DNA from: an archaeon
GTDB lineage: Archaea; Iainarchaeota; Iainarchaeia; Iainarchaeales; 0-14-0-20-34-12
Length of the DNA stretch: 29,779 nt
Direction: 5' to 3'
NCBI GenBank assembly: GCA_038046645.1
Contig: JBBSVU010000023.1
Span: forward strand, 1-29,779
The notes under the pieces were generated by a model. The model saw only the letters and a list, made by a program, of their open reading frames with translations, was not told the DNA's origin and made no database searches. Both the position numbers and the translations under genes were made by a program. Position 1 is the stretch's first letter; each line of letters opens with the position of its first letter. This document shows positions 8,661 to 16,781 of the stretch, piece after piece.

Positions 8661-9875
8661 TTAGCCTTCTTTCCTCAACAAATTCTTTTCAATCAAATTC
8701 TTTATTTTTTCAGCTTCAAAACCCAATTTTATTACCTGGGTATTTCCCCTAATCCCTTTTCCTGAAGCAGTTGTTGTTATCAAACCATACATTTCAAGCT
8801 CATTTATATATTCTCTGTACCATCTGCTTGAAACAACATTCTCCTTGACTTTTTTAGCTATGCTTGAATAGCAGTCATATACCTCTCCAGATAATAAAAT
8901 ATTTTCTTCAGAATTCGAACCAATTCTTCTTACGCCTTTTTTCTCATATGTTAATCTTGCTATAGAATACAAAACAAGCTGCTGCTGCTCTGGCAGAGTG
9001 GAAATCATGTCATACATTATTTCTTCTTCTACTTTACTTTTTGCCTTTTTTACCTCAACATCTGTTACTTTATCAGATTTTTCCTTTTCAGCCAATTCCC
9101 CCGCCCTTAATAACAGCATTACTGCTGTCCTTGCATCACCAGATTCCTGAGCAGCAATTGCCGCTGCAAGGTTTATTGCAGAACCATCCACTACATTTTC
9201 AAAGAATGCTTCCTTTACCCTTTGCTCTAAAATAGCTTTCAATTCATTTGCATTATATGGCGGGAATAATAATTCTTTTTCGCAGAGTGAGCTTTTGCTT
9301 CTCGGGTCCAAGCGTTCCTTAAAAGTCAATTTATTGCTAATCCCAATAATGCTTATTCCAGCTTTTTTCAATTCATCATTTGTCCTTATCAATGAGTAAA
9401 TCAATTCATCCAAATCCTTTATTTTATCAACCTCATCAAGCACAACAATCAATTGCGTTGAATTATTTTCTAGAAATTCAGTCATTTTTTCGTAAATAAA
9501 AGTAGAGCTATATCCTAAATAATCATTATCTTGGTAGAATTTTTTTACTATGTGCCCAATAACTTTGTATTTGCTGTTATAATTTCTGCAGTTTAAATAG
9601 ACATCCATTACCGCAGATTTTGATTCTTTTTTATATTCTGCTAGCTGGTTCAAAACATATTTTGCAGTGCTTGTTTTCCCTGTCCCTGTTTTTCCATAAA
9701 TAAAAACATTGTCAGCTTTTTTCCCCTTTATTGTCACGCCTAAAGAATCAACAAGTTCATCAATCTGCTTTTTCCTGAAAAGTATCTTTTCTGGGATGTA
9801 ATGCGGCCCGATAATATCCCTATTTTTGAATATCTTTGATTTATTTTCAATGCCCTTAAAAAGATTGTCTGACAT
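8661..9875 (-). CDS. cdc6: Cdc6/Orc1 replication initiator
   Basis: Walker A GKTGTGKT, YLNC, Walker B VVLDEVD, LDPRSKSSL, FPPYNANEL..IL..R, SGDAR, and a C-terminal winged helix (ELEMYGLI...GKGIRG). Confidence 0.97.
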   Translation of the reverse strand: MSDNLFKGIENKSKIFKNRDIIGPHYIPEKILFRKKQIDELVDSLGVTIKGKKADNVFIYGKTGTGKTSTAKYVLNQLAEYKKESKSAVMDVYLNCRNYNSKYKVIGHIVKKFYQDNDYLGYSSTFIYEKMTEFLENNSTQLIVVLDEVDKIKDLDELIYSLIRTNDELKKAGISIIGISNKLTFKERLDPRSKSSLCEKELLFPPYNANELKAILEQRVKEAFFENVVDGSAINLAAAIAAQESGDARTAVMLLLRAGELAEKEKSDKVTDVEVKKAKSKVEEEIMYDMISTLPEQQQLVLYSIARLTYEKKGVRRIGSNSEENILLSGEVYDCYSSIAKKVKENVVSSRWYREYINELEMYGLITTTASGKGIRGNTQVIKLGFEAEKIKNLIEKNLLRKEG

Positions 9876-10060
9876 GTTTCCACTTTTTTAGAAATAGCAA
9901 CTTAGTGTATATACCCTACTGTGGCAGGTAAGAATTAAAAAAGTGAGCATGACCTTTAAATTACTGGTAAATTAAGAATAAAGGCATTATACAGTTAATA
10001 TTTAAAGCATATATGCGCCAGAATAAATAACAAACATACTTTTAAGGAGGGGTGATTAGT

Positions 10061-10417
10061 TTGGCTTTTTTGGAAAAACTCATGAAAAAAGACGATGACT
10101 TGGACATTCAGGACTTTTTGAACAATTTGGATGTGGAGAAAGAGGCGATTGCAGAGGATGCAGATGCTTTGGTAAAGTCATTGACTTTGACTGATGAGGC
10201 AGATTGCCAGTTAGTTTTAAAAGAAACAAAGGACGGAAACCTTGTTTTATTGAACATTGAAGGCTTAGTAAAGAGAAATGCAGTAAAATTGAAGGAATTA
10301 GTGAATATTCTAAGATCTGGTGTCCATTCAATAGATGGGGACATTGCAAGAATATCCCTAGATAAGGTTTTGGTAACTCCAAGCAAGGTTAAGATTGTCA
10401 AAAGAAGGGCAGCTTAA
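10061..10417 (+). CDS. sepF: Cell division protein SepF (archaeal type)
   Basis: Amphipathic N-terminus (AFLEKLMKK), acidic linker, GNLVLLNI and GDIARIS..KVLVTPSKVKI core. GGTGAT at 10051-10056 fits an RBS for TTG 10061. Confidence 0.88.
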   Translation: MAFLEKLMKKDDDLDIQDFLNNLDVEKEAIAEDADALVKSLTLTDEADCQLVLKETKDGNLVLLNIEGLVKRNAVKLKELVNILRSGVHSIDGDIARISLDKVLVTPSKVKIVKRRAA

Positions 10418-10471
10418 TCTTAGCTTCCTTTATTTTTTACAATTTTGCATTGCATATTTATTGTATTTATT

Positions 10472-11197
10472 ATGCCAAAATTAAGCAATCCAATTATTGC
10501 TCCAGTGCTTTCCGCCGCAGATCTTGAAAGGAAATTAAAGCCAATCATAAGCTCAAAGAACTGGGGTTCTTTTTCTATTAAATCAATGAGATTAATCCTC
10601 TGCCCAATCTACTTATTTTCTTACGAAGCCTTTAAGGAAGAGAATAAAAAAGGGCATAAGATTGTTACTGAATCATTCAAAGGCAAGGCATTGTTCAATG
10701 CACATACCTCAACCCTCCTGCTAAATAAAACAATTGATATAAGCAAAGCAAGCGATGATTCCCCTAAGGATATTGATTTTGAAATACTTGAATCGCATAC
10801 AGATGATTCGCATATTGACAGAATTCTTGCATTAAACCTTTCAAAGGCATTGATGATTCAAAAGGATAATGTAATTATTTCAAACCTGAAAAAAGCTTAT
10901 CTTTCTGAATTGATTGCTTCAGTGTATATTGATGATAAATTGCATGAAGTAAAGGTTGACGGCATTTCAGGAAATATCTCAGAAAGCATTCCAATTCGGG
11001 AAAAAACATTTTCGGAATTGGCCAAGGAAACAGTTTCAGAATTAAAAGAGCCTGAAGCCTGGGTTGAATATTCTAAATCAATCATTCAGGGTGCATACAA
11101 AGGAGAACACTTCAAAGGCATTAATCCGTTATATTTTCAGTTAGGGCTTTTGCTGCTGATTTTTATAATTTTGATATGGGTTGCATTGCTTAAATAA
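10472..11197 (+). CDS. Hypothetical protein with a single C-terminal transmembrane helix
   Basis: Long ORF co-oriented with sepF; ATG 10472 is the likely start. No signal peptide; C-terminal LYFQLGLLLLIFIILIWVALLK. Confidence 0.75.
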   Translation: MPKLSNPIIAPVLSAADLERKLKPIISSKNWGSFSIKSMRLILCPIYLFSYEAFKEENKKGHKIVTESFKGKALFNAHTSTLLLNKTIDISKASDDSPKDIDFEILESHTDDSHIDRILALNLSKALMIQKDNVIISNLKKAYLSELIASVYIDDKLHEVKVDGISGNISESIPIREKTFSELAKETVSELKEPEAWVEYSKSIIQGAYKGEHFKGINPLYFQLGLLLLIFIILIWVALLK

Positions 11198-11198
11198 C

Positions 11199-11480
11199 CT
11201 ATTTTTTATAGATATTGTCATGATGGTCAAAGTCAACAAAAAGGATAAAATTGTTTTTTTTATCAACCCTAAAAATGAGCACAAAACTCTTATCAATATG
11301 AACTCTTTTTCTGTCGCTTAAATCATATCTTAAGTTTTTATAGTGTTCAATTGTAAACTCATCACAATTTGTTATTTCTTTTATTTTTTTATAGATTATT
11401 TCTGACCTTGTTTTGTCTTTTTTTACTAGTTTTTCAATTATGCTTTTTAATTTGTCAGAAATAGAATACTGAAAAGCCAT
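11199..11480 (-). CDS. RelE/ParE-superfamily toxin (RelE/YafQ-like mRNA interferase)
   Basis: About 93 aa, basic; HYKNLRYDL..RKRVHIDKSFVLIF and DFDHHDNIY motifs. ATG 11480 sits just after the antitoxin stop. Confidence 0.88.
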   Translation of the reverse strand: MAFQYSISDKLKSIIEKLVKKDKTRSEIIYKKIKEITNCDEFTIEHYKNLRYDLSDRKRVHIDKSFVLIFRVDKKNNFILFVDFDHHDNIYKK

Positions 11481-11484
11481 TCTT

Positions 11485-11736
11485 TCACTTTCCAAATAGT
11501 TTGTCTAATTCTTTATCCGTCATTGGTTTATGCCCATATTTCTCAAAATGCTTTCCTTCTGTGCTCAGCATTTTTTTGACATATTCTTCACTTATCTCAG
11601 GTTCTACCTCTTCTTTGCCATATATTTGAATAAATTTAGTAATAGCTTCACTTTTATCCTTTAGGTCATATCTTGCCTTTATGACATTTAATACTCTATT
11701 GGAATAATCATCCAATTTAATTCTAGCAAATACCAT
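11485..11736 (-). CDS. Antitoxin, DUF2683-like (ribbon-helix-helix type N-terminus)
   Basis: MVFARIKLDDYSNRVLNVIKARYDLKDKSEAI..FI followed by EPEISEEYVKK; 83 aa, immediately upstream of the RelE-like toxin. Confidence 0.82.
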   Translation of the reverse strand: MVFARIKLDDYSNRVLNVIKARYDLKDKSEAITKFIQIYGKEEVEPEISEEYVKKMLSTEGKHFEKYGHKPMTDKELDKLFGK

Positions 11737-11747
11737 TTAGTACCACC

Positions 11748-11790
11748 ATGTGCATTCCATATGCATATCCTGTGTATATCTTTATTTAAA
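11748..11790 (-). promoter_or_regulatory. TA promoter: TATA box plus three 11-bp-phased operator-like units
   Basis: Minus-strand TTTAAATA at 11790-11783. Plus-strand ATGTGCATTCC / ATATGCATATC / CTGTGTATATC at 11748-11780, with a perfect central palindrome ATATGCATAT at 11759-11768. Confidence 0.55.
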
Positions 11791-11803
11791 GGTGTTGTTC
11801 GAG

Positions 11804-14800
11804 TTAGAGGAAATCAATCAGGCTTTTCTGCGCAGGCTTATCATGCCTGAACACAGAATTAATCTCTTTTTCAACAAGATCTATCCTTTGCTTCAAATAA
11901 TCACTTAATGAATACTTTGCAATAATCCTTTTTGCTATGTCCAAGTATTTGATAACTGAGCCCTCAGATATTGTCAGTATAAGGTTTCCATTATTGCATT
12001 TTGCGCATTTTCCAGTTAATGGGATTCGCCTATATGATGCATTGCAGTTTGTGCACCTTACTTTCTGCCTACTAAAGGCTCTTACATTACCTATACAGTC
12101 AGGAAGGAAATGGCTTACTAAAACCCTTTCAATTGAATCCTTTGTTTCTACTGCCCTTATTTTGCCCTGCAATTCCACTTGTTTATTTATTTTTTCTTCC
12201 ATTGATTTTAATTGCACATATCTAGATTTTGACGGGCCGTCATCAAAGCGCTCTGCGGCGTGTGAAAATTTAAATCCGGAATATTGTTTTATAGTTCCTA
12301 ATCTGTTTTGCACTGTTTCAATACCTTCAACATCCGGTGGGCACATCTGTAATGTTTTTTCATAGAAATCTAGGGGATATGTATCTGTAACTTCCAGATT
12401 GTATACCTCATCATCTATTTCTAATGGATTTATGATCGCAGTATACACTAAAGGAGCATCCATTCTTCCACCCCTAGTTTCTGGCAGATAATGGTTTGAG
12501 AAATTCAATAAAGCATCCATAATTAAGGTAATTGAATCTTGCTCCCCATCACAATCATAAATTGCAAGATTTCCAAAGCCGCCAATAAATGTTTTCTCGC
12601 CCTCAATTATCAAATCATAAACATATTCTTCCTTGCTTTTTAATTCTTCAACCTTTACTATTTTATCAAGTATGAAGCTTCCAAGCTTATTGACCCTTTT
12701 TTTATTTATTGGAAATTTTTGCATATTCCTTTTTGCAATTATTAATTTCTTGCCGAATAAATGATTTGAGATGGCTTTAAAATCCCCCGAGTACAGCCGT
12801 AAACCATAGGCTTTTATGAAAATCCTTTTGCCTTTTTTTGAATAGAATTCTCTTACTAAACCAGTCTTTATCTCCCTTTCTTTTTCTTCAAATACATGTG
12901 CAAATAAATTAAGTCTTGCTGCAATAAAACAAAAATCGTTTATTAATTCTTTATTGACACTTGTTGCTTTTATGCAGGTTTTATCTATGCCAGCATCGCC
13001 AACAAGATATGCGGCCAACATAGCACTAATGCATTCTTTATTAGAATTTAGTAATTGGACCGGAATTCTCTTATCTCTTGCCCCTTTCCCACATTTTAAT
13101 ATGCGTGTGAATAAATCATAATAGACCCTACCGCTAAGGGTAATTGTTTCGGTTGTTTTTATTTTTTCAATCGTGGCGTTTCTTCCAGAAATGCCCTTTA
13201 GTATTTTTGCAAACCTTCTAGTTAGTTCTTTTTCTGCAGAAACAAGATTTATTTGATACACATATTTCGTCCTTTTTCCATTATCTGTTGTTCTAGCATA
13301 GCCTTCTGCTAGGTAATAACCAACCAATTCCCCTATTTCTTTATTTAACTGAATTTTAGCCCTAATCCTGCTTTTTTGTTTATTATATGAAATTTCGCAG
13401 TCATCAAATTCAGATAACGGCAGTTTCAGTTTTGCAATTAATTCCTGAAATATGTTCAAAGGCAGGGCGTCAAAATCAAGTGCCGTATGTAGCATTTTTC
13501 CCTTTTTATAATGTTCCTTGTTTTTTAGGCAATCTATTTTTTCAGCAACCTTCCAGCAGCCTCCTTTTTTCTCTATGGTTTCTGATAGTTTTTCCTTTAT
13601 CCTATGTACCCTTATTTTTCTCTTTTCCTCTTCACTGCAATTTTTCAAGTACCAGTCTAAGACATTTATCTCATTGACAGGTTTAGTTAGGTCAAATTTG
13701 TTCAATGAAAGTAGCCTGTCCTTTTCCTTTAGATCTTTTGCAAATTTATAAATAGCTTTTCCTTCTTTTTCAACAAGGATTTTTTGTTTTCCAGTTGCTG
13801 TTATGGTTCTCCCAAACTTTGTTTTTATCTTAAGCAATTTTTTTGGGTTTTTTTGTTTAAATAATGCCTTTATTCGCTCCTCCTTTATCTTTCCATTCTC
13901 ATTGATTGTAAATGCTTTCAAGTTCTCCAAAGGAATTTCTTTTTCTTTGCTGCCATTATCTAGGGAACCAATTTGAATTATTTTTGCATTGTTTCCTTCC
14001 TTTATTATAATTGGGGTATCCTTTGTTAGGCAATTCCTTCTTTTAGCCTGGTGGAAATAAGGATGGGCAAAACATCCTCTTGATTTATTATAGCCGAGAA
14101 TTCTGCCAACAACAGCCGCAGATGTGTGCGGAGCTAATGCTAAGACAAAGTGCCCTATTAAATCTTCCTTTGTTTGCGCTTTGTAATATGGTTCTTTATG
14201 ATATAGCCTTTCCAATTCTTCATCCAAAAAATTTGACAAGGATAACAAATGCGAACCAGCATCTTCACAAATTACAATGTCCTGCGGCATTAATTCAACG
14301 ATTTGGTCGTCATCAGTTAATTCCTTGCCCAAATAATCTTTCAAATACCCTAATTCATGCAATTTTGAAATGCTTACATTTATTTCTTTTGGTTTGAAAT
14401 GAGTTAATGTGTTATTTATCATTTCATACCTTACTGTTCCATCCCTGAAAATGTGCAAATTATACTTAGCTCGAAGTATTGCTTTTTCAAGTGGTTCTGC
14501 TGTTCGTGCTTTATTCATTACCCCTCTAACGCCTTTTACTATTGTTGGCATTTTTATTTTTAAATTCTCGGCAGCCTTTCTTAATTCAGTGTCAATTTCA
14601 AGTATTTTTGAAGTATAACCAACGCCAGAATCTTTTTTGCAGGCATTGCATCTTTCATCCGATGTTTCTCTGCCACAATGTTTGCATTTAAACACACCAA
14701 CAGTTCTTACATTACACTCTTCACAGAGATAATGGTGACTTTCCTTCTTACATTTAGGGCATCGTTTAATTGCAACATCAACAGTAATTCTGCCATATTC

Positions 14801-16678
14801 TGCAGCTTTATTGATGCTTCTTGTGCTTCCGCCATAATTCCCGACAGGAAATAACCCATGGGGATTTCCTTTCATTTCCCTTGGGCAGCTGGATTCCGGC
14901 CTGCCCATTCTTGCCCCAATAAATGTCCCGGCTTTATCCCTTATTTTTATTGGGCTTATTGCATTAATTATCTGCAGAGCATCCTCTTTATTCTCAAGTT
15001 CAGCATAATCTATGCGTGCATCTGAATAGCCTAAAGTTTTAAGGAAAGCATAGGCATATTTTTCTTCAATTAAGATTTTATTTTCCCTAATTTTATGCTC
15101 AAGCAATATTTTCTCAAGGATGTTTTTTGTCTTGGTTTCATTAGGCATTAATGCACCCAAAATCCTGTTCCCTTCCTTGACTATTTCAGCATCCTTTACA
15201 GCTTTTATCAATTCAATTGTTTCATTTTTGCTCATTAGTGAATAATATGCTGAATAATCAGGATGCAAAGGGACAGAGTATTTTTCACTTAACTCAACAG
15301 CTTTATATGCATCAATATTGCCAAGGTTTTTTGAAATTAATTCAAATTCATTTTTTGGAACATTTTTTTTCAGTTCCTGAACCCACCATTCCCCACAATA
15401 GCCCGCTGGAAGCAATGGATGTGCCAATTTTCTAAAATCACCGTAGCATACTAAAATATCCCCTAATGAAAGAATCTCATAAATATCATTGACTATTTTT
15501 TTTGCTTCACCCGAAGTTTTTAACTGGACAATATCTGCATTTTTCAGCTTTACAATTGGCCCTTCAAGTGAATCACAGGCATATACACAAGTGGCTTTTC
15601 CCGGTTTTTCATTTTTTAATTGTGTTCCAATTGCAATAAATTCGTCAAGGACATACATTGTTGCAGGGTGTATTGTTGTGCTCATTATTCCACCGGTTCT
15701 TGACCTTCCATACCTTAATCTAAAGCCGCCTGCTGTAGATGGGTAGGCAAATATTGGCCTGCCTGCAGCCAAACCTTCTAAATATTTCCAATTTGCTTGG
15801 TTGCTTGATTTTCCATCAGCATGCTTACCTACTTTTATTATCCCTTCAAGCCAGCTCCAGTCAAGGTTTAGCATCTTTGCATAGGTAAGAATTTTTTTTG
15901 CTTTTAGGGCAACACCCTCGCTAATTACCAAACATGCTCCGCCTCGAATCCTATTTGAAGGAATCCTTTCCAAATCACGATGGACTTCTACTTCTTTTTC
16001 TTCAGTTGGCTCGCCATTTATGCAGACCGGGCATCCTTCAATAATTTTTCTAACCTCATCCGGTTTTATTTTATACTGCCTGCTTACTATGTGTTCATAT
16101 AACTGCGTTTCCTCACAATATCTTTCAATCTCATCCTCTGTTGGTTTATATCTATCCAATCCCAAAATTTTTCTGCCATAATCCCCAAGGATTAAGGGAA
16201 AGACAGTTGATGTCCCACCAGCAGCCCTTATTGGTCCGGCATAATAAATGTCAACATAGCTTGTGCCGTCAAAGTTTTTGCTTATCAAAACTTTTGGCAC
16301 ACCCTCAATTGGCGCAATTACTACCCCCTCAGTGTTTAACATTAATGCTGTTTTAATTGCCAATTCAAGCCTTTTTGACCTATCCCCTAAATTGCCTAAG
16401 TCTCCACTAAGGATTTCTTCAAATATCTTAAATATTACTTTTATTCTATTTCCTTTAAATTCCTCAAATAATGTTCTGTACCTATTTGCAAGCCCCTCTA
16501 ATTTTATGATTTTCTCGGTTCTTTCCGCTAAATCCAGTGCAGGGTGTGTTTCTGCTTCTGGTTCGGGGTCAACACCTATTTTTTTCGCATCATTTGCCAA
16601 TGCGTGTATGTTAGTTACTTTTGAAAGTATATTCGCATAGTATTCCTTTATGTGCGGTTCAGCGATTAATTCCTGCAT
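11804..16678 (-). CDS. polC: DNA polymerase D large subunit DP2, intein-containing (1624-aa precursor, about 1131 aa spliced)
   Basis: TEGVVIAPIEG, YAGPIRAAGGT, GGFRLRYGRSR, FIGARMGRPE, EPLEKAILRAK, FRDGTVRY, LAPHTSAAVVGRI, HPYFHQAKRRN, RGGRMDAPLV, Zn-finger CxxC pairs and C-terminal PIP box QKSLIDFL. Confidence 0.98.
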   Translation of the reverse strand: MQELIAEPHIKEYYANILSKVTNIHALANDAKKIGVDPEPEAETHPALDLAERTEKIIKLEGLANRYRTLFEEFKGNRIKVIFKIFEEILSGDLGNLGDRSKRLELAIKTALMLNTEGVVIAPIEGVPKVLISKNFDGTSYVDIYYAGPIRAAGGTSTVFPLILGDYGRKILGLDRYKPTEDEIERYCEETQLYEHIVSRQYKIKPDEVRKIIEGCPVCINGEPTEEKEVEVHRDLERIPSNRIRGGACLVISEGVALKAKKILTYAKMLNLDWSWLEGIIKVGKHADGKSSNQANWKYLEGLAAGRPIFAYPSTAGGFRLRYGRSRTGGIMSTTIHPATMYVLDEFIAIGTQLKNEKPGKATCVYACDSLEGPIVKLKNADIVQLKTSGEAKKIVNDIYEILSLGDILVCYGDFRKLAHPLLPAGYCGEWWVQELKKNVPKNEFELISKNLGNIDAYKAVELSEKYSVPLHPDYSAYYSLMSKNETIELIKAVKDAEIVKEGNRILGALMPNETKTKNILEKILLEHKIRENKILIEEKYAYAFLKTLGYSDARIDYAELENKEDALQIINAISPIKIRDKAGTFIGARMGRPESSCPREMKGNPHGLFPVGNYGGSTRSINKAAEYGRITVDVAIKRCPKCKKESHHYLCEECNVRTVGVFKCKHCGRETSDERCNACKKDSGVGYTSKILEIDTELRKAAENLKIKMPTIVKGVRGVMNKARTAEPLEKAILRAKYNLHIFRDGTVRYEMINNTLTHFKPKEINVSISKLHELGYLKDYLGKELTDDDQIVELMPQDIVICEDAGSHLLSLSNFLDEELERLYHKEPYYKAQTKEDLIGHFVLALAPHTSAAVVGRILGYNKSRGCFAHPYFHQAKRRNCLTKDTPIIIKEGNNAKIIQIGSLDNGSKEKEIPLENLKAFTINENGKIKEERIKALFKQKNPKKLLKIKTKFGRTITATGKQKILVEKEGKAIYKFAKDLKEKDRLLSLNKFDLTKPVNEINVLDWYLKNCSEEEKRKIRVHRIKEKLSETIEKKGGCWKVAEKIDCLKNKEHYKKGKMLHTALDFDALPLNIFQELIAKLKLPLSEFDDCEISYNKQKSRIRAKIQLNKEIGELVGYYLAEGYARTTDNGKRTKYVYQINLVSAEKELTRRFAKILKGISGRNATIEKIKTTETITLSGRVYYDLFTRILKCGKGARDKRIPVQLLNSNKECISAMLAAYLVGDAGIDKTCIKATSVNKELINDFCFIAARLNLFAHVFEEKEREIKTGLVREFYSKKGKRIFIKAYGLRLYSGDFKAISNHLFGKKLIIAKRNMQKFPINKKRVNKLGSFILDKIVKVEELKSKEEYVYDLIIEGEKTFIGGFGNLAIYDCDGEQDSITLIMDALLNFSNHYLPETRGGRMDAPLVYTAIINPLEIDDEVYNLEVTDTYPLDFYEKTLQMCPPDVEGIETVQNRLGTIKQYSGFKFSHAAERFDDGPSKSRYVQLKSMEEKINKQVELQGKIRAVETKDSIERVLVSHFLPDCIGNVRAFSRQKVRCTNCNASYRRIPLTGKCAKCNNGNLILTISEGSVIKYLDIAKRIIAKYSLSDYLKQRIDLVEKEINSVFRHDKPAQKSLIDFL
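12554..14032 (-). mobile_element. Intein with LAGLIDADG homing endonuclease in DP2 (493 aa, precursor residues 883-1375)
   Basis: Interrupts AKRRN|CDG. Block A CLTKDTPIII, block B GRTITATGKQKIL, LAGLIDADG-like LVGYYLAEG and MLAAYLVGDAG, block F EYVYDLIIEGEKTF, and it ends ...NLAIYD before the +1 Cys. Confidence 0.93.
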
Positions 16679-16781
16679 CCAAAATCATCTTCCCTTTTAT
16701 TTCAATTATCTTTTATCCAATTATTTTTTAGTTACTTTTTTTCTAATTAATTTTTTTTGCTTTGTTTTAATTAAATAAATA

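Noticed and set aside
11110..11197. C-terminal TM of the sepF-linked protein as the archaeosortase substrate signal
   Set aside because: No N-terminal signal peptide, no PGF/PEF-like motif and no basic tail cluster.
16679..16781. Very AT-rich gap between DP1 and DP2 as a DNA-unwinding element
   Set aside because: No flanking ORB repeats seen and AT-rich gaps are normal here; kept only as a weak mention under the origin finding.
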